Positions 1-14,600 of a stretch of 64,000 nucleotides of DNA are shown in pieces. The notes under the pieces were generated by a model, which was not told the origin of the DNA, searched no databases, and was given only the letters and a program-made list of their open reading frames with translations. This DNA comes from Chiloscyllium plagiosum (taxonomy: Eukaryota), in the NCBI RefSeq assembly GCF_004010195.1, contig NC_057728.1, forward strand, positions 44,976,286-45,040,285, in the 5' to 3' direction. Each line of letters begins with the position of its first letter. Position 1 is the first letter of the stretch. Made by a program: the position numbers and the translations under genes.

Positions 1-1613
1 AATGTCACAGCAATTGCTTTGTGCTGAGATCAAGGCAAGGAATTGCTTTCAATGATTAAAATGGAAACCAAGAAAGGAGAATCTCATGATGTACATTTAC
101 AATTTCATTACAAAAAGCACGCAGAAAGTTCATTCAAAATCTTACTCATTTAAAAATAATTCCAAACAGTCTCTTTGGTGTAACTTGCAAAGTAAATTGG
201 TAACTGGCACCATAGTATGCCAGGATTTGGAGGCAGATTTGTTTCCCTGAAAAATGATTGGATTTATATAGAGAAAATGTGCCCTGATAATACATTGCGA
301 AGGAATCATTTATGGAAATTCTCTGACAGGCAATTGACAGATTGATAGATTTTAGCAAAATCTCATGTTTTTGGGAGACATGATAATAGCATCTATGTAT
401 AGACCAGTTGTTAATTCAGGGAGAGTATAGATACTGTTGTGAAGGAAAAGCCACAAATAATTGTCTGTGCAATGCCTTTGATTTGAATTGTTGTTGATTC
501 CAATCATGTCATCAGATGCCATATTGTTGCATAAATTAGTTACAGATTTCAAAGTTCTGGAGTTCAATGTCATCCTTCAAACATGATTCCAGAGTGCCAG
601 ATGTGAAGTTCAGGGTCAACATTGGATAGTCTTCTCCTCCAGGAGAGGACCATGTACCTAAGGAACCTGGCAAGCTAAGAGTATCCAACAATATAATTGA
701 ACAGGTGACTTGCCTAAATATGAAGCAGTTCTTTCTTAGTGTGGTCTGGCGATTGTCCCATTAAAGTAGATTCCATAAAATGACCTTCAGCCTCAACTAT
801 ATGTTCTTGCATACATTTTGAAGTTTATTATTGTACATTCCCTAGTAATAGGTTTGAAATGAACTGTAACATGCCATATTTTAAAAGAAACACATTTTTG
901 TCAAAATGAATACAGCAGCCTTTTAGTTTTGAATAAAATGGTGTAACACTAACTTAGAAAAAATCCTCACTACTGCCACGATGAATGATATGGTTTGGCA
1001 AAACCTTGCATAGATTCACAGCCCTACCACCAATCCTTAATACTGGGATTAGTTGAAACTACTGACACCAACTGGGGAAGCATGCCCACCTGAATTCTTG
1101 GGCAGAAGATAAGTTCAAATTTGGTAAATAGTCAATGTTTATTACAATAAAAGTATATTGTATTTAGTTAGATTATATCCAAGATACATAATTAACTCCT
1201 GTGGCTTACATCAGCTTCAACTTAAGAGTAAGCATACATTTACTGTTACTAAAATATACTCGTATGCACAAGATTTCACTCGAGTTAGCACGTTGAATAT
1301 TTTAGTACCAGTTAGCTCCTCCCAGGAACAGTATCTAATATTTCTGATAGGCAGGGCTAATCCTGTGATCAGTTAACTCTTTCATGTGCTAACTATCTTA
1401 TGCAACATCGCTCTCCAAACCTTTTTTTTATGGTTAACTAATGATTTGTACAATTGTTTCAAAGTAAAGTAGGTTTACCACTACACCATCTCTCCCAAAG
1501 TTTCTGACTTTATGAATGGCTGACAACTTGGTTGGGTTGCAAATCTTGCTGGAGGTTGAAACAACCAGGTGCAGTTTGTTGTTACACTAGAACAACTAAT
1601 GCCAGACAATGTA

Positions 1614-1819
1614 CTGAAAACAACAAATGCTGGAGATCATAGTGGGTCAAACAGAATCCATGGAGAGAGAGCAAGCTAACATTTCGAGTCTGATGAAGAG
1701 TCACCTAGACTCAAAACATTAGCTTGTTCTCTCTCCATGCATACTGCCTGACCTGCTGTGATTTCCAGCATTTGTTGTTTTCAAGACAGATTCCAGCATC
1801 TGCAGTAATTTGTTCCTAC
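1614..1819. mobile_element. Palindromic Penelope-terminus-derived insertion with degenerate hammerhead core
   Basis: Inverted arms (aaaacaacaaatgctgga.../...tccagcatttgttgtttt); centre ctgatga-agagtc-accta-gactc-aaaa; direct repeat atgccaga(c/g)aatgta at 1599-1613 and 1820-1834. Confidence 0.75.
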
Positions 1820-3434
1820 ATGCCAGAGAATGTAATTGTGTTTCGGAAACACATAATCTCCTCCATTTAAAGTAATAGCAATCTCCTCCATTTGAAACTG
1901 TACATCACATGAATGTGAACCTTCCATTCTCACACAATCTTTTCAATAATGCCATTTTATCAGATTTAAACATTGTGAAACTGACTGAGCTGTTCAGCGT
2001 TGCTGCTTTTAAATAGTTAAAATGTCTGCATTAATAGTCTGCTGTTCACCCTTGGCAGTTATGTCATGAAGGAGGTCAGATGATCAGATTTTGAAGGTTT
2101 GTCAACAGTTGTCGAACAATCTCTTCAAACCTTTGACATCAGTAGTATCATTTGATTTCAGTGAAATCAGTAATATCATCTGATTTCTCATTTGTGAAGA
2201 ATTGTGGACAGCACTGTAATTAATCTTGTGTGTTTTTTTTTCTCTTTGGTTCAGTGAATATTCTCCTGAGACCTAATGAAATCTTTGTTATGTTGAGACA
2301 AGTTGTGTTGATCACAGGTGTTTGGCTTATAGGTTAGTTGAGGTAGGATTTCATGAACAAAGCATGTTTTAATGTTCAGAACTGTTAGTTTCTGATGATG
2401 GCCACTTGTTAGTCATGGTAGATGTCTCTGTATTTTAAGAGTAACTGTTACATGACTTAAAATCTACTCAACGACAGTAATTTCAGAGGCAGATAAGTGG
2501 AGCAGCATGAGATACCCAAGGGAATGATGCCAGTCATGGGTGGAGAGTAGGGTGAGAGGTAGACAGAAAAAGCAGGGGGTTGGCTTCCTGCTGTCACCTC
2601 CTCCCCCCCAAATGCCATTTCCCTCAATTGAGGATAGGGTCTCTTTGAATGATATCACTGGCAGAAGATGTCAGGCAAGCCTAACAGATTTATGAGGCCT
2701 TTTAAGGAGCTCAATTGACTTGATTGGAAGAGCCCCTGCAAGCTTTCCTTTGATGGATTTAAATCACACAGAGGCAGTGAGATGGCAGAATATTCACCTG
2801 CATCTTCCAGCCTGATCAAATGAATCAGATAGGAATATTAAAATCTGCCCAAAGAATACAAGTTGTGTATATAACCGTTTTTTTTTTAAAGAGATGCACT
2901 ATTGCTTATTTTCAGAGCTTATCATTATTCTACCCAATATAAAAAAACCTCAGTGTAACTATTAGTATATTTATGCATCCAAGTGATGAAGTAAATTTCT
3001 TTCAAGTTTGCTGAAACAGCTATTTATTTTATTGTCTTTACAGTGGATTCTCTAATAACTGAAGTGTCCAATGCAAGGCAATATTGACATCCATAGATCT
3101 GACAGGCTATGTTATTGTTAGTAGTGGTTAGGAATCAGTGCAACTGCATTACTACACACATTGCTGTTTCAGATTCTCTAGTCTATACATTAATGACTTT
3201 GAAATTTAGTTTAATACTTTGTGAGGTCCAATGTAATGTTTACTTTTTTAATCAAATAGTGAAGATATATCATGTGAGGTATGAGCATAAACCTAGTCAC
3301 TTATAAGCAATTAACAATTCAAGGATTTGTTTCCTTTTCTGCTAAGTATTTGGAAATATTTTAACTGGATAGTAAAGTGGATAAAGGCACTTGTAATAGC
3401 AAAATGAGCTAGGCTTTACTTATGGCAAAGGTCG

Positions 3435-3530
3435 TTGCTGATGACGGGGATATGCCCAAAGTGTCGACTCTCCTGCTCCTTAGACACTGCCTGACAGGCT
3501 GTGTTATCCCAGCGCCACACTTTTCAACTT
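3435..3530 (+). mobile_element. Single-arm Penelope-terminus repeat, degenerate hammerhead
   Basis: ctgatga-cggggatatgccc-aaag-tgtc-gactctcctgctcct... matches the family at 39256 and 57303. Confidence 0.6.
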
Positions 3531-3819
3531 CTTGCAATCATAAAATCTAAAGTAAGGGAGTGTAGAAATAAACCAAAAATATTGTGCATTTTTGAAGTGT
3601 TGCCTGTGAACTATTTCATATTCACACTCAGACATTTTGAACCATCAACAATCCTGTAACTTCTTTGCAATATCTCATTCATATCCATGTATTCACAAGA
3701 CTAGCTGTTACTAACAATTAAAAGCTTTGGTAGCCTTGTATTGTGATGTCCTCCAAAGGCTTTGCATATATTTTGATTTAACACAATTACAATTTGCACA
3801 ATTTCACAATCATCTCTTG

Positions 3820-5536
3820 ATACAGAGACCCAGACAGACACCCACTGATTATGGCAAGGACTGAATGACATCACAGGTTCTAAAAAGATACAGTACAAGA
3901 TAACAGACAATGACACATCCCTCCCAGATCGTCACAATGCCTTCTGTGCTCACTTTGAGCAGAATTTTGGCAGAGAGGCAACATTTATTCCAACAAGCCC
4001 TGACGAACCTATCCCAAAGGTCACTGCATCAGAGGTCATTTCAGTCTTCCTTCATGTGAATGCAAGGAAAGTACTAGGCCGTGCACTCAGAGCATGTGCA
4101 AATCAATTGACACAGGTCTTCTCGGACATCTTCAACCTCTCCATGCAGCAGGCTACTGTCTCTGCCTGTTTCAAGAGGGCCAACATCATCCCTGTGCCTA
4201 AGAAGGCTCATGCAGCATGTGTGAATGACTACCACCTAGTGGCCCTAACTTCGGTGGCCATGAAGTGCTTTGAAAGACTGGTCATGGCATTAATCAACTC
4301 CAGCCTCCCCACTACTCTTGACCCACTCCAATTTGCCTATCAGACCAATAGATCCATGTCTGATGCCATATCACTTGCCCTTCACTCCTCCCGAGAACAT
4401 CTTGACACCAAGAGCAGCTATGTAAGAATCCTACTCATTGACTACAGTTCAGCCTTCAACATTATTATCCCCTCGAGACTGATTACTAAACTTTGTGATC
4501 TAGGATTAAGCCCCACTCTCTGCAACTGGATCCTCAGTTTTCTGACCAACAGGCCACAATCAGTGAAGATTGGGGACAATATTTCATCCTCACTAACACT
4601 CAACACTGGAGCACCCCCAGAGGTGCATACTCAGCCCCCTACTCTACTCACTGCATACCCTTGACTGCGTCACTAAATACCAGACTAATGCCATTTACAA
4701 GTTCGCTGATGACACCACCAGAGTTGGTCAAATCTCCGATGGCAATGAAAGAGACTACCGACAGGAGGTGGGAGAGCTGGAAAAATGGTGCACTGAGAAC
4801 AACCTAGCTCTCAATGCCAGCAAAACCAAGGAACTCATTATTGACTTTCAGTCGGGTGTTAGCTATGCTTCCCTACACATTGACAGCACAGAGGTGGGAC
4901 AAGTGGAGAGTGTCAAGCTCCTGGGAGTGGTCATCAACAACAAGCTTTCTTGGACTCTTCATGTGGATTCCCTGGCTACAAAGGCCCAACAACATCCCTT
5001 CTTCCTCAGGTAGCTGAGAAAATTTGGCATGATGGCGAATACCCTTGCCAACTTTTATAGGTGTGCCACCAAAAGTATTCTGTCTGGATGTATCACGACC
5101 TGGCAAATGTACAATTCAAGATCGGAGACAGTTACAGAGAGTGGTGAACTTATCCCGGACATTAACAAAGGCCAACCTCCCGTCTTTAGAATCCATCTAC
5201 CAGGCCCACTGTCAAGGAAAGACTGCCAGCCTTCTCAAAGATCCATCCCACCCTGGCACTGCTTTTCTACAACATCTACCATTGGGCAGAAGGTACAGAA
5301 GTCTGAACACACACACCAGCCGGTTTTGAAACAGTTTCTATCTTACTGTTGTTAGAATACAGAATGGACTCACAAATTTTTAACATTCGCCTGTACCTAT
5401 GTTTTGACTTTTGCTGCTGTTTATCTATTATTTACTTATCTATGCTGTTTAACTGTGCGATCTGCCTGTATTGTTTGCAAGACAAAGCTTTTCACTGTGC
5501 CTCGGTACATGTGACAATAAATTCAATTCAATTCAA
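3820..5536 (+). mobile_element. 5'-truncated, frameshifted non-LTR retrotransposon of the Rex1/Babar type (RT and 3' tail)
   Basis: IIPVPKK..NDY.LVALTS..MKCFERLV, LDPLQFAY, YKFADD (~4696-4714); ends AATAAA + (ATTCA)n. Confidence 0.85.
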
Positions 5537-6019
5537 TGCAGTGGTGCAGATGGAACCAACCTATATGCCTTCCTACAGAAAGCAGAAACAAAGAAATCTC
5601 ATCTGGATCTTACGAATGCAATGCCACACAGTATAGGCAAGTCACACCCATATTACACACATCACCTTTCGGTAAAATGTCCATCTAAAGGGTCATCTAA
5701 TATTGTAAAGCCTATTTATTTTACTGCAAAATTATGACTAAAATGGAACCAACTTGATGAACCATTTAGACTATGCTGGTGCATCAGCTTCATAGGAAAC
5801 CTTCTGCTGTGACACCTCTCTCTCATCACTTCCCGTCTCTGCTACTCTATTTCTCATCTGTAATTATTTCTTCCAAATTTCCATTTTAAACAAAAACAGA
5901 AGAGTACCTGGACTCAAAACATTTACTCTACTTTTCCCTCCACAGATGTTGCCTGAACTATTAGGTTTTTCTGGCATTCTTTGTTTTTGTTTCAGATCTC
6001 CAGCATTCACAGTTCTTGA

Positions 6020-6390
6020 CTTTAAAATTCTACTCCTTCTTTTCAAATTCCTCCATGGCTTTGGCCCTCTCAATATCTGTCTTCTTGAGCCACATAACCC
6101 TCTGAGATACATGTTCCTCTAACTCTGACCCTTGCGCACTCCCAATGTCAACTGCTTCACAATTGGCAGTTGTGTTTCAGTTGCCAAGGCCGCAAACTCT
6201 GGAACTCTTTCCTTAATTTCTCTACAACTCTCTGCTTCATCTTACTTCTTTAAGACAAATCAAACATTCCTCTTTGACCAAGCATTTGGCTATCCTAATT
6301 AATATCCCCTTATGTGGCTCGCTGTCATATTTTATTTGAAATGCACCTTGGGATATTTCATTAAGGCGTTATAAAACTAAGAGGTGTTGT
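6020..6390 (+). mobile_element. L2-type LINE 3' end, old
   Basis: FKILLLLFKFLHG...-like C-terminus and a LWNS.P-like segment; the same family lies on the minus strand near 40780. Confidence 0.55.
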
Positions 6391-6499
6391 TGTTTTACAG
6401 TTATTATAAGATCTAAACAAGCATAGCATGATGCACCATCCATGTGAATATAATGACAATTAACATCAACGAAGTGCCAATATATTTCGCGCCAAAATT

Positions 6500-8685
6500 C
6501 TTTACTCACTAATACAACAGACTATGAATGGACAGACACAGTACAACACAGGACAGCAACAAGAACAGAAAACAAATAAATTAGACCTGCAGAAAGAAAA
6601 ACTAGACAACAACACAGACAACACAGAAGCATGGATAAAAAGCTTATTTGACCAACCTTTAACAAACACTGAAAAAACCGTCTTAGTAAGAGGATTAAAT
6701 TGCAACTTCCAGGATGCAGACAAGAAAAATTTCTTAGCAGCATTAGAAACAACACTGAAAGACAAGCAACTCACAGAAAAACCCAGCAAACAATCAGACC
6801 AACAGTTGCACCAACATTAAGCAAGAAAAAGGAAGGAAGCACACTCAATACACAAGAAAGGAAAGCACTAGAAGGACTGAAAAAGAAACATTGTTATCCT
6901 ATCTGCAGATAAAGAACATTTGACAGTCATTTTAAATTAAAGAGACTACATTAAGAAAGCAAACGCATTACTTGCAGATGCCAACACGTGGTGATAGTCC
7001 CAACTCTACAACTGGAGAACCAAATCACAACCCTACTCAAAAATCTTCAGAAATCTGGAGAAATAAATAAGACTGACTTCCAAAAAATGAAACCAGATGG
7101 ATCCAACACACAACACTTTTATGGATTACCCAAAATTTCCAAACCAGGAGCCCCCCTCAGACCCATAGTCTCGCTACCTGAAACACCAACTTACAGATTG
7201 GCCAAGTAGCTACACCAAAGACTAAAGCACTTAGTAGAAGACTCACTCTACTCCATCCACTCCACCCAAGAATTCCTGAAGACCATCAAATACACCAAGA
7301 TAGAAGATGATGAAATAATGGTCTCCTAAGATGTAACATCCCTGTTCACATCCATCAATATCAACCTGGCCAAGGAAACAATGATTAACTATTAGAAGAA
7401 CCTAGGACACACCAAACACCACAACTTCATCAACAAGGACAATATCATCGAGCGAATGGACCTATGCCTTACCACCCACTTCACCTTCAACAACAAAACC
7501 TACAGACAAAACCAACGGAACACCCATGGGATCTCTGATATCAGGGTTCTTAGCAGAGATAGTAATGCAGAGACTCAAACAAACAGCTCTGCCAACCATC
7601 CAACCCAAACTTTGGGTCCATTACATGGATGGCACCTTTGTCATTACTAAATGAAACAAATTAGAAGAAATCTTCAAAACCATCAATAATATCCTTACCG
7701 GCATAAAATTCACTAAAGAGGAGGAAAAAAACTACAAACTGCCATTCCTAGAAGTCACAGTACAGCGAACAGACAATGGGGAACTTCAAACCAGTGTCTA
7801 CAGGAAAACAACATATACGGAACAAATACTGAACTACAGAAGCAATCATCCCAACACTCACAAATGAAGCTGCATTAGAACATCATTTCAATGAGGCACT
7901 GCACACTGCAGCACGGAGGAACTATGAAAAGCAGAGGACACAGTTATTCAAAAAGAATGGGTACCCAATGAACACTGTCTGCTGATTACTCAGCAGCAAA
8001 CCCAAACAAGCAGACAAAACACACCCAGAAACCCTAGCCACTCTCCCCTACATCAAAGACATCTCAGAAATCACTGCCAGACTACTCAGACCTCTTGGCA
8101 TCATGGTAGCCCACAAACCCAGCTAATTATCTTGAAAGATCCTATACAGACAACAAGCAAAACTGTAACAAAGACTACATTGGATAAATAGGTAAAAAAC
8201 TAGCCACCAGGATACATGAACATCAACTAGCTACAAAAAGACATGACCCACTCTCACTAGTATCTTTACATACAGATGAGGCAGGACACCACTTCGACTG
8301 GGACAACACATCCATCCTAGGACAAGCCGAACAGAGATATACATGAGAATTCCTGGAAGCATGGCATTCCAACTGGAACTCTATCAACAAACACATTGAC
8401 TTGGATCCCACTTACCACCTCCTGAGAAAAAAAGGAAATGACATCACAACAGGAAATGATGTCATTCACAGTAAATGATATCACCACAAGAAATGACACC
8501 ACAAACATAAGGAAACCTCAATACATAAATAGAAAATGGGCCATCCCACCAGTGCTTCATCTGGAGGCTCGCTGATGATGTTGCCTAGTATGGTGATGAA
8601 CCGTCTGAAAACAAATCTTCCAGCTCAGCGAGTAAACCTACATCCAGAACCTCAACCTGAGCTACAAAGCTTTTCAAAACCTGCT
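6500..8685 (+). mobile_element. Decayed Penelope-like element: RT, GIY-YIG endonuclease and 3' pseudo-LTR
   Basis: FYGLPKISKPGAPLRPIVS, GTPMGS, YMDGTF (YxDD relic), LPFLEV, VYRK.T, YIG*..KKLATRIHEH; multiple stops and frameshifts; hammerhead relic at 8568-8609. Confidence 0.9.
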
Positions 8686-11600
8686 AGGCACCAATAGGTG
8701 AACAAAAAAGCTGGCAGGCAAAACCAGTATTTTTTTATATAAGTAAAGCTATCAAATATGAATATTTTGAAGTCAAAAAGTAAAATGGAAGGAAAATGAT
8801 ACCTGAACATAGTAATATATGGGATTATTCATGTTCTTGTTCATAATATTTTAATAATCTTCATTTCATTTCCTTAAGTTTCAACAAACAGTGTGACTAA
8901 AATTACCTAGAGCTGAATATAAGAATAAATTCTTCAAATCCCACTAACAATGAGGAACTGCCACAATGCATAAAATCATCAATATTTTGTCGCAAGTTGT
9001 CAAATATGTAATGAAGATGACTGCAGTCCCTTAGCTGTCATACATACCTGGAAAATTTAAGCCCCAGTTTCATACTTGGGAGCAAAACAAAAATTCACAT
9101 AATGAGAATATTGTAAAATTGGTTTCTGAGTTTCAATGGAGCAACTCTGGAAGTTAACCAGATATATTCAAGCCATGATCTGGCTGTGCACAGCCACAAT
9201 TTAAAATAATTATCCTAATTTAAAAATAGGAAACTTCTGCTATTGGTCTCTTTATTGAAATGCAATGTGTGACTTGGATTCAGTCCACAAAATTTAAGTC
9301 CTCCCAACTCAATGGTAAGAAATTTTATTGCTTAGCATGTAAATACGCAAAGGGTTTTGATAACTGAGCAAGCACGATATATTTCAAGACCGGAATAATT
9401 AAGCTAAGCCAGCAATTTTTTTGTGATTGGCTTAGAAGGGATTATTTTTATTTCATTGTGAATAAATACATGGTGTGCATTAGGAAAATCAGAGCAGGGT
9501 AAAAACAATTATACTTTTACTTTGAGTATAGCTTCTTAGCATTTGTGAAAGGGGCTATGTCAGTCAGTGATATCAGCACTCAGCGAATTGGAGGCTGGAT
9601 CTATAAAGTTCCAGATACGATGGTAACTCTTACCATCCTCCATATATAGATATGTTCAATAAAGCTTGCTGCTGTTCACTTGCAGGAGTGTAGATCTCAC
9701 ATCGTGACAGTCAGTATCTTGTTAAAGTTAGCATTTCACTATGTAAGAAAGTGTTCCATTAGACAGCTACATACCATATGAAAGATCAAAGAAAGAGGCT
9801 CTTCCTCCTGGAATTTCATGTTATTTCATCTGTTGCCAGTGTCAAATCTGATTCTCTGTGGAATTTGAAGACATCCATTTTGTTCACAGAAATAAAGCTG
9901 ACATGCTGTAGAGATGAGAGTGTTCTAGAATGAATGCCCCTGCAACAATGATGTAATCCGCATTTAATCTGATTCCCTAGTGATGAGCAACTGTTTAAAG
10001 TAAGCCTGTCTGAGTTTGCTGTTTGGAATGTTAAACATATATAATCCCTAGCATGACAACCAGGAGGTCCTGGAAGTGCAGAGCAATTGTCACCACCTGA
10101 AAAGAAGAAAAGATGGATTAGAACTGAGAGATGATGTTTGGTATTTATTAGTGATATTGTGGTGCTTAAGAAGATAAATGGAGCCAGACTGTCATCCCTG
10201 ACCAATTAATCAGAAAATTCTGGAAATGTTCATCGGATCTAGCAGCATCTGTACAGGGGAAAACAGAGCTAACATTTCAGATTTTGAACTCTCTATCAGT
10301 GAAATCTACTCCAGCAATTAACTTTCAAAATAAATATCATACAATAATGTAATATAAAATGTGCGTTAATAATTATAGTATTTTTACATGAAAAGTAGAA
10401 TATTAGTGATGTTATGTTAACTCTATTTTTTTTCACATGATATAGAGTACAAAAGGTACACATGATAATGTATAATATAAATCACATGAGTTCTTATGAG
10501 TTTCTGTAAATATTACTCAATTATCTTTTGCACAATTTGCATTATCAAATATCTTTATGAGACCATAATGTGTAGGAGCAGAATTAAACTATTTGGTCCA
10601 TCGTCATGGCTCCTTAGACACTGCAAGCCTTTGTGGTTTCCCTTGCTTTTTAATACACAGAATCTTCAGTGTGAAGTTGAGGCTGCCAGACTCTATATCT
10701 TGTTTTGCTTTTTAGCACAAATGGATAGGCAGGCAGCTACCCAGAATGGAGAGCACTCAGCAGTCATAGGAATGGACATGTCACTAGACAGCATTGCCCT
10801 AAATCAACATCACACCCATAGCATGTGCCAGAGCTTACACAACGAGCACACTGCACATGCTGCAAGCAAATGGCCATGTCTAAAAGTCAAAGTGGAACAG
10901 ACCTTAGTGGGGTCATGAATCTGCAGTCAATTATGGGATGCTACCACAGTCAGTACAGATGTTTGTCTGATCTTAATCCAGGATTGCCATGATCAATCAG
11001 GTGCTTGGTTCAATCATAGTCTAGACATCAGAGTCTTTGCAGTTTAGTGATTGGACCATGGTCAAGCCTGCAGGTTAAATCCAGGGATTACTTGTAGGTC
11101 AGTTAGGATGCTGTGGAGATATCAGTCTTGGGGCTGAGTTTTTCTCAGTCCGCACTGGCCTGCTCAAAATTCACAGTCACTCTGACCATGACCTGGGATA
11201 ATGAATATGAAACAAGGGCACAGCAATTCACAGTGCCATAGGCTCTGAGTATAAAATTATAGGAGGAAGTTCAACAGAAATGGGGGAGTTTGAAAGGTGA
11301 TTGAGACCAAAGGGATAACAGATATGAAAGCTGGGATGGGAATGTTAGCTTGTATCTCAGGTCAAGCCTATAAATCATTCAACAAACCTCAAAGTTCAAC
11401 CTTGTTATGTTATTCTGAAATTCAACTGTGCAATGACTATATGAAATGGCTGACACCACATGCAAAGCGAGTGGAGTAAGTCACTGTTTTTTTTCCCTTC
11501 AGTGATGGAGTAAATTGTTTGGAATCTGAGGCCCCGCTCGGGGTAGTGACAATTCATGACTGCAATGATTCAGTAATGCCACCTATCACAATTCAATTTA

Positions 11601-14600
11601 AACTCCATTGGCATTGTCCAAGAATACACATTAATATCTATGGCCTCAAAGGAATCATAACCAAAGCATTATGCACATTAATTGCCTCCTTGTCATGTAA
11701 GCAAAACAAATGTAACCAGTTAAAGCAATATTTATATTTCAGAAACACATTCCATACCTAGGACTGGAAAACAATGCTTCACATCTGCCACATTCACATG
11801 GTGAACTGTAAGTATGCAAGAATGTGATGTTTGAGGATATTTCTTTTAGCAGAGGTAGGCTCTTCTGTCACTGGAAGAATCTTATTCTCACAATATGAAT
11901 GAAAACACTGTTGTACAATTTACATTTGGATAATATTACATATCTCAGGTTTCCTTATGAAGACATGACATTGATCTCCTTATGAAGTTCCCATGACATA
12001 ATACACATGATTGAGTGTGAGGACTCAGAAGGTGCTTCCATAAAATTATTTTGTCTTTCTGACCTACAGATTATCTGCTCCCACATCTAATGTAGACATT
12101 GTTAGAGCCTGAGTTCTTATTGGCCTTGTTTCAAGTCTGAAAACAGCAAAGAAGGAGGCAGCAACTACAGCAAGACCTGCGCTGCCTACAGGAGCTGCTA
12201 CACAGCCTGCTAAGAGAGAAGCTGCAGGTCAAGATCTACTGAGATAGCGAAGGAGCATGATGAGATCCCATATCAAGTGTCCTCACTGTCATTTTCTCCA
12301 ACTTTCTGAAAGAGAGCATGGGCACAAATTAAGGATTATTGGACCATCATCATCATTGAATGGTTTTGTCTTCAGGACTTGTGCTCAGGATGATTGTGCC
12401 GATTCTAATCACAGCTTTCCTGACTTTTTAAGACACCAGTTTGTTTCAAGGAGAAACAAAGAACCTGTGTAGAATGTCCCAATCCTCGACCTATATATGG
12501 ATCCGAATTGTAACTGATGTCATTTTCTCCAGATCTGAGTAATGCCAGAGTAATGCATCATCTTGCATGAGAAGCCAGAGATAATGGAAGGAAACAGCCG
12601 TCACTGCTCATATTGTGAACTCCAGGCATAGCCTCTTCAAATTGGTGAAACTACAAATGTACGTATTTCTTTCTTAGTGACCCTCTTCTCATCTCCACGA
12701 GTTTTGAACTTTCCTGAGTCACCAGGCAAACATCCATCTATGTTTGAATCTGCATACGTTTTCCCCTGCTCCAAGCATATTGAGTAAACATGTCAAGTCT
12801 CCCCATGGAAGCCAAGATCCTACTGATAATCAATGATCTCTCCTCCTCCCTTATTACTCCTTTTCTTTCAGTACTTTATCATTTCATCCTTTATCTGTTA
12901 AGTTTCCCTTCACAACTGTTGTTCCTTATGAATCCCAACATTTTGCCTCAAAGCCCTACTATTAAGTTCCTCTTCTCTCCGTCAGTAGTAGTAGCCCTTG
13001 ATAACCACCACCCCTTTGATTACTGGAGGTCACAGCCCAGGACTGATCATGGCTCACACCCTTGAGCAACTTAGCTGGAGAGCCGTACAGCTGTACAGCT
13101 CCCACCCCTCTTCCTACTCTCATCAGACCAGTCACACTGTACTCACAGAGTGGGTTGTGGACCACTCCTTGGACTGTAGATATATGGGCCCCTTGGTCTT
13201 GACAGCCCCAAATGTCAGAATGACCTTGTCCAAACCCTTGGACCAACATTGGAAGCTGCCCTTGAGTTACTCTTAAACTTTGAGACATAGCTGTTTGCTT
13301 GAAGAACATGCAATGTGTTTGTTGCGTAAGGTGCTGGAAGATGGTGAAAGTGTAACACTGACGTGGTGCCGAACATCAACATGTCCACTCCTTTTAACCA
13401 ATTGCTGGTGACAGCACTTTGTCTTCTCAACCAGAGCTTGCATGCTCGCAATATGTCCATCCTGCCTGACTTTGTGTCTGCGCAGAAAGGCAAGGCAGAA
13501 TATAAATATTGTGAACCTGTAAGCTCTGGTTGAGAAGACAAAGTGCTGAATGCAAGGCAAGACATAGCAGGGCAAGGCAAGGCAAGGCAGCAAGACACTA
13601 AGTGAGTTAGTGGTCAGAGAGGGAGTGAGGATTCCTGAGATGCAGGCTGGCCAAACCAGGAGCTGAGTGCTTGTCTCTCTGTGTAAAATGTAAAATTGAA
13701 ATGCAGAAATGAACTCTAAGTGAATTGGAGATATGCCATGCTGTTGGGCTGGGGTGAATTGTCAAGACCATGGAAGTGGGATGCATGCAGCCACTGGCCA
13801 TGTAATGTGCCTTGAGAGGTTGATGCCAGGTCTCCAAGACAGAGGTCCAGAGGAGCAAGCAGTGAGCTTAAATTGCCAGGTAACCTCTCTAGCTTTCATG
13901 TCAGGAACTCTCAGCATCTAGCATCAATCCAACAGGTGGGAAAATGAAACCTGCAGATTGCTGAGGTTAGATTAGTAATAACGAGGGTGAAAATCTACAA
14001 TAATTCATGCAATTAGGCTTTTCTCCACTTACTGGTGAGAATCTTGTCCTGTCAACCAACACTTGGTTGGAAAATAGAACGTTTAGATCTTGATGTTAGG
14101 AAGATCTTCATGGAACATCTCACCCAAGTTTCTCAAAGTTCTTGCTATGACTGAGTCATTTAGGGAAGATTCCATTCAAGTTGAATAGTTTATTCTCGGT
14201 ATTTGAAGAGATGTTCGTATAAAATGTGCTAGTCAGAATATTTCAAGAAAATAATAGTAATTTATGTATTTGAATATTCACTCAACTAGAGTGCCATTTA
14301 TGCACTTATCATTTTGCATACTGTGCAATGTTTCATTAGCGTAAGCTTATGAATATTAAACTGACACTTTGCAAATTAACAAGACTCATTTGGTACAGTT
14401 ACAGCATCTGATGCTTTGCTCTGGCAACAATTCCCTGGTATACTGAAAGACAAAGATAATGGCTGAATTATAGGATCGTAAAAAGTCACTCATGCTTAAT
14501 CATTTGTTCACAGCTCACTAGGATTTAATTGTTTTCAAGAAATAATTGTATAAATAAATTATTCTATTTTAGCTTAAAAGTTACTTAGCTGTGAGGAGCA

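Noticed and set aside
13552..13592. (GGCAA)n tract and its LALPC-type ORFs
   Set aside because: Short degenerate microsatellite
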